Assembly (NCBI GenBank): GCA_963829055.1
Contig: CAWHHI010000011.1
Coordinates: 224,001 to 288,000, forward strand
Reading direction: 5' to 3'
Source of the DNA: an uncultured Gemmatimonadaceae bacterium
Lineage (GTDB): Bacteria; Gemmatimonadota; Gemmatimonadetes; Gemmatimonadales; Gemmatimonadaceae
Length of the DNA: 64,000 nt
Numbering within the stretch: position 1 is the stretch's first letter; every line of letters starts with the position of its first letter. Made by a program: the position numbers and the translations under genes. Positions 19,873 through 30,596 of the stretch are shown piece after piece. The notes beneath the pieces were generated by a model. The model saw nothing but the letters and a program-made list of their open reading frames with translations, was not told where the DNA came from and searched no databases.

Positions 19873-20478
19873 TTAGTCGAGCTTGTCCTTGATGGCCTTG
19901 GCCTGGTCCAGGTGCGCCTGCACCTTCGGCTTCGCCTCGGCGATCGCGGTCTTCATGTCGGCGTTCGTCGTCTTGCTGTCGAGATCATTCAGGAGGTCGA
20001 GCGTTTCCTGGTGCATATCGACCTGCTCTTCCATGAACTCCTTGTCGAAATCCTTCCCGGTCTTCGCGTTCAGATCGGTAATGTCCTTCTGGTTCTCCTT
20101 CTGAAGGTCGCTGACCTTGTCGTTCGCCGCGGGCGTCACGTTGAGCTTCGTCGCGAGCCCCTTCACGGCGTCGAGCATGGCGCTGTGATCCTTCACCATC
20201 ATCTGCGCGAACTTCTTCACGCTCGCGTTCGTCGCCTTGTCGGCGCCGATCTGGCTGTAGTCGACTTCACCCTGATTCGCGACGGTCAGCACTTCCGCGA
20301 CGTTCGCGTCCGTCCAGCTGCCCGCGACATCAGTAGTCGTCGGCGTCGTTGCCGTTGCCGGAGGCGTGGTCGCGAGCGTGTCTGTCGCCTGCTCATTCTT
20401 CGGCGAGCACGCCGCGAGGAACCCAAAGGCCCCTACCGCCAAGGCGCTCGCAAGCCGCGTGTTGTTGATTTTCTGCAT
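19873..20478 (-). CDS. DUF4142 domain lipoprotein
   Basis: LAAC lipobox; VKKFAQMMVKDH, FDKEFMEEQVDMH, HLDQAK. Confidence 0.9.
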   Translation of the reverse strand: MQKINNTRLASALAVGAFGFLAACSPKNEQATDTLATTPPATATTPTTTDVAGSWTDANVAEVLTVANQGEVDYSQIGADKATNASVKKFAQMMVKDHSAMLDAVKGLATKLNVTPAANDKVSDLQKENQKDITDLNAKTGKDFDKEFMEEQVDMHQETLDLLNDLDSKTTNADMKTAIAEAKPKVQAHLDQAKAIKDKLD

Positions 20479-20689
20479 ATGTGTCTCCTCCTTCGAGTGA
20501 ACCCGCTTACAGACGAGCAGAGGGGGCAAGAGTCGTGCTTGCAGCGGCTCAGCAGTAGCGATTCACACGTCCCGGACGAGCTTACGCATCAGACAGGCTC
20601 GGCCATGTGCATAACGCGCGCGGCGATGCCGACATGCGGCTGCTAGCAGGCACCCGACTGCCGCTCACTCGGAATGACAGCGCGAGCCG

Positions 20690-21806
20690 TTAGGCGCCGC
20701 CGTACTTGTCGCGAAGATGACTCCGCAAGCCACGCGTGAGGCTCTTGATGCGTCCACGCGCCTCGGCGGTCGCCCGCTCGTCCTGCTTGCGAGCCAGATA
20801 CGCCAGCTCGCGCCGAAGCCGGTGCCAGCTCTCGAGTCGATCAACGGGCAAGTGCTCCCCGCGCTACCGCATCAAGGACGGCGCAATCCGGCTCGGCCTC
20901 GTGCTCGCAGTCGCGAAACCGACACGCCTCGGCCAGCGCTTCGATGTCCGCAAAGGCCGCGTCCAGACCGGCGTGAGCGCTCCAGAGTTGCAGTTCGCGC
21001 ATCCCAGGCGTGTCGATCAACAGCGCACCGTTCGCGAGGCGCACGAGCTCGCGATGAGTCGTGGTATGGCGACCACGGCCATCGTCGCCGACCTCCGCCG
21101 TGCGCTGATGCGCGCTGCCTAACAAGCGATTCACGAGCGTGGACTTGCCCACGCCGGATGAGCCGAGCAGCACGGCGGTCCGCCCGGGGAGGAGGTGCGC
21201 GGCGAGCGCGTCGATGCCCTCACCAGTCACGGCCGACACCGCGAGCACCGGAACAGCCGGGGCAGCAAGCGACGCGGCCGCGAGCGCCGAGGCGATGTCG
21301 TGCCCGAGATCGGACTTCGTGAGCACGACGATCGGCATCGCCCCGCTCTCCCACGCCAGAGCCAGGTATCGCTCGAGCCGACGAGAGCTCAGATCGCCCG
21401 AGAGTGCCGCGGCGATGAGCGCGACATCGACGTTCGCCGCGACGACCTGCGCCGACGTCGCCTCGCCGGCCGTCTTCCGAATGAACGCGCCGCGCCGCGG
21501 GACGACGAATCTGCACGACCCTCGTTCCGTCGCCGGACCCATGTGAGACGCCGACCCAGTCGCCAACGGCGGGCAACTGTTCGCGCGCGTCGGCGGTGTG
21601 TCGAGCGCGCCCGGCGAGGACCGCCGAGTGCTCGCCGTCCTCGCCCGCGACGACGTACCGCTCGCGGTGTTCCGCGATCACCCGCGCCGGCACTACCGAT
21701 CCCGCTTCTCGAGATCCCTAATGTATCAACACGCAACCGCGAACGCGGTCGCCCAACTCGACTCCCAGCCTAACGAGGCGAGAGGCGAGACATTTTCGAT
21801 TGTCAC
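20690..21806 (-). CDS. rsgA: Ribosome small subunit-dependent GTPase A, several frameshifts
   Basis: PAVGDWV, QVVAANVD, LERYL, LTKSD, GSSGVGKS, GRHTT, DTPGMRE, CRFRDC.H..EP.C; GTG start 21806 with AGGAG. Confidence 0.92.
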
Positions 21807-22122
21807 TGGAGGAGGCTCCTGGTCGCTCGGTGCATCGCGCAATGCGCGCGAACACACCGGGGCTAGACAAGCCGATCGCCGTCGGCGACCGGCGTGAACG
21901 ATCACGCCCTATCCGCGACTCGGGGGACCTGAGAGGAGCTAGACGACCTGAAGGTGCGGTACTACCCGCGTGCTACTCGGTCGAACGATCCGTCGTCAGG
22001 ACGCGAAGGTCGCGGCCAGACTCACAACGACGGCGGTACGCACAGGCGCCTCTCGGTGCAGGAGATGCGACGCACTCGATGCGCGTCGCGACAACGTACG
22101 AAAGCCAGAGATCGGCCCTGGG

Positions 22123-22777
22123 TCAAGTCGTCTGCGGAATGGACGCCGTGGGCGACCGGAGCGCGCGGAACGCTGTCGCAAGCTCCCAGGCCATCAACAA
22201 CGCCACCGCCGCGACGGCGATCCGGCTCGCCTCGTTGAAGAACATCACGCCGACAATGCCGCCGATGCCCGCACCCCACGCGAGCCATGCGAGCCACCGC
22301 GGCCGCGTTGCGTCCTGCCATTCTGCCCAACCGAGACCCAGCGCCCCGAGGGATACGATGAAGTTGCCGAACCGGGCGGCAATGAGCCCGATGGGGTGCG
22401 TCCCCTCGAACACCGGCGCCATCTCCGTGCGACCGGCCGCGAACTCGGCGGCCATGTGCCACCCGGCACCCGCCATGAAGCCGATGTTGAGCGCGTTCAC
22501 CGCTGTGCCGAGCGAGATGAGTGCGAGGGCGGCGAGAAGCAGCACGTTCACGGCGGGGCGGGAGTCCGTCACGAGCCGTACCCAGATGCCGGCAATGATC
22601 AGCGCCGATCCGGCGAGCATCGATAGATGCATCGTGCGCCAGTACGGCGTGTCGGCGATCATGCGCAGCTGGTCGACCGCCGCCCCACCGAGGACGGGGT
22701 GGATCAGGGCGGGCAGCGGCGAGCATGAGCATTCCAAGCAGCAGCGCGACAGAGAGTGCGCGGATGTAGCCGTTCAC
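22123..22777 (-). CDS. Hypothetical multi-pass membrane protein, frameshift near 22710
   Basis: GGGAGG RBS, GTG at 22777, about six hydrophobic segments. Confidence 0.6.
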
Positions 22778-23057
22778 TAGATTCCTCCCGGATCGTGCAC
22801 CCCGAATCGTATCGAGTTTCTCCGCAACGTGGGATTCGGTATCGATTCGCCACTGCCGTATCACCCCGAGCTGATACTCGAGTCATGACGAGCCGATTCG
22901 GAACACGCCGAGTTGCTGGCATTGCCCTCGTCGCGGTCGCGTTTCCGTTCGCGACCGCGACGACGCAGTCCACGACGCAACCGGCCGCGGCGCACGCCGC
23001 GACCCAACGGTCGGCGGGTGATTCTGAGATTCGTGACGCGCTCGATTTGACTGTCGC

Positions 23058-23993
23058 GTGAGCGGTCGAGCCTCCGCTGCCGGCGCGCCGACGGGCGCGC
23101 TCGCGGGGCGCGTGTGCGTCGTGACTGGCGCGACGCGCGGCATCGGGCGCGCGACGGCGATGCAACTCGCTCGGCTGGGCGCCGACGTCGTGATCGTCGG
23201 GCGCGATGAGGCGCGCCTCGATGCCGTGCGAATCGAAGCGAAGCACGCGGCCGGTAACGAGCGCGTGCACTGGGTGCGCGCTGACTTCGCTTCACTGGCG
23301 TCGGTACGACTCGCCGGTCAGGAGATCGCACAACGTTGGCCGGCGATTCACGTGCTCGTCAACAATGCCGGCGTGAACACCGCTCGCCGTACGACGAGCG
23401 CGGACGGCTACGAGATGACGTTCGCCGTGAACCACCTCGCGCCGTTTCTGCTGACGGCGCTTCTCGTTCCGGCGCTTACGGCAGGTGCGGTCGCTCGTGA
23501 TGCGCCATCGCGCATCGTGAACGTCGCATCGGTATTCGCGCACTTCGGTTGGCTGAGCCTCGCCGATCCCATGTTCGAGCGCCGGCGCTACGGCTCGACG
23601 CAGGCGTACAATCAGTCCAAGCTCGCGAACATCGTGTACACGATCGAGCTGGCGGCACGGCTCGAACGCTCGGGGATCACGGTGAACTGTGTCTCGCCAG
23701 GGCTCGTCGCAACGGATCTCCTGCGTGAGCACGCGTGGTTCGCGGCACGATGGCTTCGTGGATTGTGGGAGCGGGTGCTCCTCTCGCCGGACCAGGCGGC
23801 TGCTCGCATCGTGCGCGTCGCCACGTCGGACGCACTCTCGGGTACGACGGGCCAGTGCTTCGCTGGTTCAGCGCGTCCGATCGCCGTTCCTGGTCGCGCG
23901 TCTGATCCGGACACTCGGCGCCGGTTCTGGGAGCTGAGCACAGCGTTGACGGATGCGCCGGTGCTGGACACGACGCCGACTGTCGTGCGTTAG
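23058..23993 (+). CDS. SDR family oxidoreductase (retinol dehydrogenase-like)
   Basis: TGATRGIG, NNAG, FAVNHLAPF, YNQSK, PGLVAT. Confidence 0.92.
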   Translation: MSGRASAAGAPTGALAGRVCVVTGATRGIGRATAMQLARLGADVVIVGRDEARLDAVRIEAKHAAGNERVHWVRADFASLASVRLAGQEIAQRWPAIHVLVNNAGVNTARRTTSADGYEMTFAVNHLAPFLLTALLVPALTAGAVARDAPSRIVNVASVFAHFGWLSLADPMFERRRYGSTQAYNQSKLANIVYTIELAARLERSGITVNCVSPGLVATDLLREHAWFAARWLRGLWERVLLSPDQAAARIVRVATSDALSGTTGQCFAGSARPIAVPGRASDPDTRRRFWELSTALTDAPVLDTTPTVVR

Positions 23994-23995
23994 GC

Positions 23996-25197
23996 ATGCA
24001 CGAGCGCGCCGACCGTCGCACGAGAAACACATCGCTCGGGGAACTGGCGCGGCTGTTTCTCAAGCTCGGCACCATAGGGTTCGGCGGGCCCGCAGCGCAC
24101 ATCGCGCTCATGGAAGACGAGGTCGTGCGCCGCCGTGGCTGGCTGACACGCGAGGCATTTCTCGACTACGTCGGCGCGACGAATCTCATTCCGGGCCCGA
24201 ATTCGACGGAGCTCGCGATCGAGATCGGACGCGACCGGGCGGGCTGGCCTGGGCTCCTGGTGGCGGGGGCGTCGTTCATTGTACCGGCCGCGCTGATCGT
24301 CGGCGTGATCGCCTGGGGCTACGTGCGCTTCGGCCAACTGCCGGCGATGCTCGCGCTGCTCGCGGGCGTGAAGCCGGTGGTGATCGCGATCGTCGTGCAG
24401 GCACTGTGGCGGCTGGCCCGCACGGCGGTGAAGACGGTGTGGCTCGCGGCACTCGCGGCCGGCGTCATCGTGGCGGTCGTTGCCGGCGTGCATGAGTTGC
24501 TCGTGCTACTGGGTGCAGCGGTGGTCGCTACTCTCGGTGCTTTGCGAAAGCGCGGCGGCGCGACGCGCGCCCTTGGAGCGGGACTGCCGTTAGGCGCAGC
24601 GTGGCCGCCGGCTGCCCCGACCGTGTCGACGGCAACATCTGCGTTAGGCATGGCGGCTATCGCACCGGCGGTCTCGCTCTGGCCACTCTTCGGGATCTTC
24701 CTCAAGATCGGCTCGGTGCTGTTCGGCAGCGGCTATGTACTGCTCGCGTTCCTTCGCGCGGACTTCGTGCAGCGACTCGGCTGGCTCACGGAGCGGCAGC
24801 TGCTCGATGCGGTCGCGGTCGGGCAGGTGACGCCGGGGCCGGTATTCACGACGGCGACGTTCATCGGCTACGTGTTAGGCGGTGTTCCGGGGGCCATCGT
24901 CGCGACAGTCGGGATATTCCTGCCTGCATTCGTGTTCGTCGCGCTGAGCGGGCCGCTCGTTCCGCGCCTGCGCAAGTCGCCCGTTGCCGGGGCGGCGCTC
25001 GATGGCGTGAACGCAGCGTCGTTCGCGCTCATGGCGCTGGTCACGTGGCAGCTCGGGCGTGCGGCCATCGTGGATGTGCCGACGGCGCTGCTGGCGCTGG
25101 GTGCTGGAGTGCTGCTCGCTACATGGCGCATCAACGCGGCGTGGCTCATCCTTGGCGGTGGAATCGTGGGCGTTTGCTGGTTCGCTGCGCGCTTGAG
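23996..25197 (+). CDS. chrA: Chromate efflux transporter (end approximate; frame reads through a repeat)
   Basis: FLKLG.IGFGGPAAHIA, IPGPNSTE, FLKIG..LFGSGYVL, GQVTPGP; two CHR halves. Confidence 0.92.
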
Positions 25198-25264
25198 GGC
25201 CCTCTATCGGGATGCGCGCGATTCCTTGACTCCGCGCCTTCGGCGCTTCGCTCGGAATGACACC

Positions 25265-26023
25265 ATGGTCAACGCCTCTGCACTGCTGGTCTGGTCATTC
25301 GTTGCCCTCGCGCTCATCGTGGCCGCCGCGTTCGTGGCGGGCGTCTACCGCTCGGGTGCGACGGTCTCCGGCTCAGGCGCAGGCCGGCAAACGGCTGCTG
25401 TCGCGCTCGCGACCATTGCGTGGCTCGCCATCACGCTCGGCCTGGCGGCATCGGGGCGACTCAGCTTTACCACGAGGCCGCCGACAATGCTCGTGTTGAT
25501 CGCCGTGACGGTCGTGCTCGCGGTCGTTCTGGGGACGTCGCGCTTTGGGCTGCGGCTCGCGACGGGGTTACCGCTCGCGGCCCTCGTCGGCGTGCAGGCG
25601 TTCCGATTTCCGCTCGAGCTCATTCTGCATCGCGCTTACGTCGAAGGGCTCATGCCCGTGCAGATGAGCTTTTCCGGGTTCAACTTCGACATCCTGACCG
25701 GCTTGTCGGCGATCGTCGTCGCGCTGGCGCTGGTGCGCAAGCCGGGCTCGCTCGTACTGGTGCGCGTGTGGAATACGGCGGGGGCGGTGCTGCTGACGAA
25801 CATCGTGACCATCGCCCTGCTCTCCGCTCCGACGCCTTTCCGGTTCTTCCATAACGAGCCGGCGAACGTCTGGATCGCGCGGGCGCCGTGGGTCTGGCTG
25901 CCGACGGTGTTCGTGTTCGCGGCGATCCTTGGCCACATCGTGGTCTTTCGCCGGATCCGTCACGAGCTGAGCTCGACCGTGCGGTCCGCGGTCGCGAGTT
26001 CCCAGGCACGGATCACGATCTAG
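25265..26023 (+). CDS. Hypothetical multi-pass membrane protein
   Basis: ATG after the repeat; QAFRFPLE, G.NFDILTG, PWVWLP; many hydrophobic segments. Confidence 0.7.
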   Translation: MVNASALLVWSFVALALIVAAAFVAGVYRSGATVSGSGAGRQTAAVALATIAWLAITLGLAASGRLSFTTRPPTMLVLIAVTVVLAVVLGTSRFGLRLATGLPLAALVGVQAFRFPLELILHRAYVEGLMPVQMSFSGFNFDILTGLSAIVVALALVRKPGSLVLVRVWNTAGAVLLTNIVTIALLSAPTPFRFFHNEPANVWIARAPWVWLPTVFVFAAILGHIVVFRRIRHELSSTVRSAVASSQARITI

Positions 26024-26031
26024 TGATCGGC

Positions 26032-26232
26032 TGTCATTCCGAGCGGAGCCGCGAAGCGGCGTAGTCGAGGAATCGAGACTCTCTTCTGTAGAGGGGCCCT
26101 CTACCACCGAGTCGCGATTCCTCGACTCCGGCCTTCGGCTCCGCTCGGAATGACATCGTCCTCGACTGCGCGCCTCCGGCGCTCCGCTCGGAATGACAAC
26201 CCGCTCGGAATGACGGACGGCTCCGCTCGGAA
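26032..26232. repeat. REP-like palindromic repeat cluster (TGTCATTCCGAGCG...CGCTCGGAATGACA)
   Basis: Long hairpin 26032-26155 plus tandem partial arms; related copies near 7513, 20663, 25196-25262, 30560, 39522, 39797-39867, 59961. Confidence 0.85.
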
Positions 26233-26318
26233 AAACACCTAGCACTTCCCCCGGGTCGTGCGTAACCTCGGGGTAACCATCGACAATCCGCCACACACGC
26301 GTCACCTGGAGCGCAGCC

Positions 26319-28691
26319 ATGCTCGCCTCTCGTTTTCGGCACATCCGTGCCAGCCATTCGGCTCTCGCCATCACTGCCGCGCTCGCCTGTGTGAGCGGCG
26401 CGGTCATCGGCGCAAACGCCCGCCCCTGACGGGAAGCGCCCCATGACCTTCCTCGACCAGCAGAACATGCGGCAGGTCGGGTCACCGGCGCCGAGCCCCG
26501 ATCGGAAGTGGCTGCTCTACACGATCTCCGTGCCGGACTGGAAGGAGGCCAGGCGCCAGACCGACATCTACGTCGTGTCGATGGACCAGGGCGTCGGGTC
26601 GACGCGGCAGCTCACGTACACGAAGGACAAGAGCGAAGGCGCAGCCGACGCTGGGCGCCTGACGGCTCGTTCTTCGTGTTCTCATCGAACCGTGACGCGC
26701 CGGCGAATCCGCCTGGCGGCGCAGCGCCGGCGCCGGAAGCGCCCGCTGGCGGCGGTGGCTTCGGCGGTGGCGCCGGAGGCCCCGGCTTCCAGCTCTACAT
26801 GATGCACCCCGACGGCGGCGAGGCGCGCAAGATCACGGACGCGAAGGACGGCGTCTCGACGTTCGCGTTCAGCAAGGACGGCAAGTGGCTCGTCTACCGC
26901 AGCGGCAAGGCGGGCGAGGAGCAGCTCTATCGCGTGCCGGTCGCCGGAATCGATAGCGCCAAGGCCGAGCAGATCACGCGGCACCCGACGGGCGTTGGCA
27001 TCTGGCGCTTCGCGCCGACCGGCAACCGCATCTACTTCATCACGGCCGACACGATCGATCTCGACGAGAAGCTGCGTCGCGAGAAGCGGTTCACCGTCAA
27101 CATCCGGAATCCCGAGACGCCGCTGTCGAGCCTGTGGGCGTTCGACGTCGACGGCAAGAAGACGACGCGCCTGACGAAGGACACGATCGATCACCGTCAC
27201 CGACTTCGAGATCGTCGGACGACGGCAAGTGGGTCGCGTTCCGCGGCATCTCGTCGAACCGCTACAAGCGGAACATCACCGAACAGTCGATCAACGGCGA
27301 CGACTTCCTGCTCGACGTCGCGAGCGGTCAGATCGAGCGGCTGACGAACAACAACGAAGTCGGCGAGAGCACGCCGAGCTTCTCGCCGGACTCGAAGTGG
27401 ATCGCGTTCTCGGCGCCCGATGACCTGACGCGGTACACGATGAAGAACCACCGCGTGTACATCCGCGCCGTCGCCGACAAGGGCGGCACAGTGGCGCAAG
27501 CTCGGCACGGACTTCGACGGCGACGTCGGCGTCGGTTTCTGGTCCGCAGGACGGCAAGACGATCTACTTCAACGAAGGCATCCGGGCGACGAACAAGCTG
27601 GTCGCGCTCGACGTCGCGACGGGCAAGGTCGCGTCAGCTCACGAACGAGAAGGCGTCGGTGAGCGCGAACATGGATGAGGACACGAAGCGCGATCCTCAT
27701 CAACTACGCCGACCCGATGACGCCGCCGACGATCTTCACGGTCGCATCGATCGATCAGATCGCGAACCGCAGCGTCGTGGAAGCAGCTCACCGATGCGAA
27801 CCCGCAGGTCCGCAACATCGCGTTAGGCCAGGAAGAGGAGATCACGTGGAAGTCGACCGACGGCAGGACGGTCGGCGGCGTTCTCGTGAAGCCGGTCGGC
27901 TACCGTCAGGGCCAGCGCTATCCGCTCATCGTCGCGATTCACGGCGGCCCGGCGGCGGCGGACGTGCTCGGCTTCAACGGCGGCTACGGCGCGCAGGTCG
28001 TACGCCGGCGCGGGCTACGCGGTGCTCAAGCCGAACTACCGCGGCTCGACGAACTACGGCGAGAAGCACAAGACCGACATCGTCGGTGACTACTTCCGTC
28101 TCGGCTACGACGACATCATGACGGGCGTGAACCACGCTGATCGCGCAGGGCATCGTCGACAGCACGAAGATGGGCGTGCTCGGGCTGGAGCGCCGGCGGT
28201 CACTGGTCGAACTGGATCCTGACGCACACGAATCGCTTCAAGGCGATCAGCACGGGTGCCGGCACGACGAACTGGATCTCGATGTACGCGCAGAGCGACA
28301 TGCAGCGCGAATCGTCAGTTCTACCTCGGCGACAAGCTGCCGTACGACAACTTCGACGCGTACTGGAACCAGTCGCCGATCAAGTACATCAAGAACGCGA
28401 AGACGCCGACGATGATTCACGTCGTGCACGACGATCCGCGCGTGCCGCGTCCGCAGTCGGAGGAGCTGTTCATGGCGCTCCGGCAGCTCGGCGTGCCGAC
28501 GGAGTTCTACGTCTATCCGGGCGCGAGCCACGGCATCCCCGATCCGCGCAATCAGTTCGTCAAGTCGATGGCCGAGATGGCGTGGATGGATTACTGGGTG
28601 CGCGGGAGCGGCAAGAAGTTCGCGTGGCGGGACGTGCTGAAGACGCTCGACGATTCGACGGGCGCGCGGGCGGCCGAGACCCAAGCGGTGA
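26319..28691 (+). CDS. S9 family peptidase with beta-propeller, many frameshifts, end approximate
   Basis: SPD/WAPDG repeats, IHGGP, PNYRGS..YG, GWSAGG, DPRVP, YPGASHG. Confidence 0.88.
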
Positions 28692-28891
28692 TTCAGGAGA
28701 TCGTTAGGCTGCCGCTCGCTCGACAATCTGCCCCCGCTGACTCGGCCATCGTACTCGGCCGGTCAGCGGGGGCAAGTGCATCTGAGGTAGCGAGCGGCGT
28801 GGCCGTTATCGACCTGCTCGTGGCCGGAATTGGACCTGGAGTGCGTGTAGTGAGGACCAGAACACGAACTACACAATTCCAGGAGTCGTTA

Positions 28892-30233
28892 ATGCTTTCG
28901 TTTTCCACACGACCCGGCCACGCGATCATCGCGCTGGCCGTGGTCGCGCTCAATGCATGCGTCGATACACCGAATCCGACCGAAGTCGCGGGTACCACAT
29001 AGCCCGAGCCTCGCCGTCGGTGACGTTATTCTCGTCACGAACACCAGCGGTGCCGGTGTGGCCGGTTCCATTCGGCAGGCGCTCAATCAGGCGACTGGCG
29101 GTGAGATCATCCGCTTCGACCCGAGTCTGGCCGGCGCGAAGATCGTCCTCGATACCACCCTCGAAGTGCCGAAGAACGTGACCATCGAGGGACCTGCAGA
29201 CAAGGGCATCACGCTCAGCGGCGGAAACAAGGCGGGTGTTCTGCACGTGCACGAAGGCGCCAAGCTCGTGAACCTGACGATCACCGAAGGCAAGGCACTC
29301 GTCAGGGCGGCGGCATCCTCGCCGAAGGCGAGTTGATACTCGATCACACCACTGTCGCCGGCAATCAGGCGAGCGTCAGCGGGGGGATCAGTGGTGACGT
29401 GATCACGCTCACCAATAGCACCGTCACGAACAACCTGGCGCGCGCCGACAATGCGCTCGGCATCGCCGGAGGCATCCTGTACAACGGCACTGGACGGCTG
29501 ACGCTGATCAACAGCGTTGTGTCCAACAACGCTCCGAACGGGATCTCGCGGCGCGGCACCTTCCCCACCAAGGATATCGTCACGTTCGACAACTCGATCA
29601 TCGCGAACAACGGCGCGCAGAGTTGCATTGAGAAAGAAGGCGTGTCTTTCACGGGCCGAAACATCTCGAGCGACAATACGTGCGGCGTCAGCGCACTCAA
29701 CATGCTGGTGGTGGACCCGCTGCTCGGGCCGTTGGCCGACAACGGCGGACCGACACAGACGCGCGCACTCGATCGCAACAGTCCCGCGATCAACGCGACG
29801 GACTGCCGCGACGATCACGGTCGACCAGCGCTATGTCGCGCGCGATTCGAAGTGCGACATTGGCGCGTTCGAGTTCGTCTTCACGACCGTCACACTCACG
29901 GTCAACGCGACCGCACAGGTCGATCCGAAGACCGGAATCGCGGTGGTCGCGGGCACCGCGAAATGCAGCCGCGACGAGACGTTCGACCTCGCCGTTAGCG
30001 CGACGCAGGACCAGAGAGCCAAGCGTGTCCCGACCGTCGTGCAGGTGTCGAAGACGCTGCCGCTCGTGTGCGGCAAGACGGCGCAGCCATGGATCGTAGC
30101 GCTCGCTCCTGCGAGCGGACAGGCGTTCGAGGCGGGGACGGCTGTTGCGTCGGCTCAAACGCTGAACATCGCGAATGGGGTCACCGCTGCCTCAACGTCC
30201 GGCGACATCAAGCTCGTCTGGGCGAAGAAGTAG
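28892..30233 (+). CDS. Lipoprotein with beta-helix and choice-of-anchor Q-like region, frameshifted
   Basis: AGGAG RBS, LNAC lipobox; GSIRQA, STV..N and GGI repeats, DPLLGPLADNGGPTQT, DQR...CDIGAFE. Confidence 0.75.
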
Positions 30234-30254
30234 GCGCCGGGATCCGACCGGCCC

Positions 30255-30476
30255 CTCAGACAAGGGGAACGAACGGATCAATCTGATCGATCGGATTGAT
30301 TCATCGTGACGCTTGGTCGGTCTCGCAAACACCGGTGATGTTTGAAGAACGACCTCGGGAGACTTGAGCTTCCGGGGTCGTTCTTGCTTCAAACGGACGG
30401 TCTTGACGCGGAGGAGTCTCGCGAATTCAGGAAGCAATCCGCTCGATCCGACGCATCCGTTCGACGCTCGTCTGAG
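30255..30476. repeat. Nested imperfect inverted-repeat element
   Basis: CTCAGAC/GTCTGAG, GAACGGAT/ATCCGTTC, CGGATTG/CAATCCG, TTTGAAG/CTTCAAA and GAACGACC/GGTCGTTC pair in nested order. Confidence 0.65.
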
Positions 30477-30596
30477 AGGTCAGACGCTCACCGATGTGCC
30501 CAGGCCGGCTACGATGACATCACAGGAGGTCCCTCATCTGCCCGCTGCGCGGGCTCCCGCGCTCGGGATGACAACTCGGCCGCGCGGGGTGACAGA

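Noticed and set aside
26032..26232. CRISPR array
   Set aside because: Irregular spacing, inverted arms, no unique constant-length spacers and no cas genes.
28256..29002. Peptidase-lipoprotein fusion ORF
   Set aside because: Reads through an intergenic region; the lipoprotein has its own RBS and ATG at 28892.
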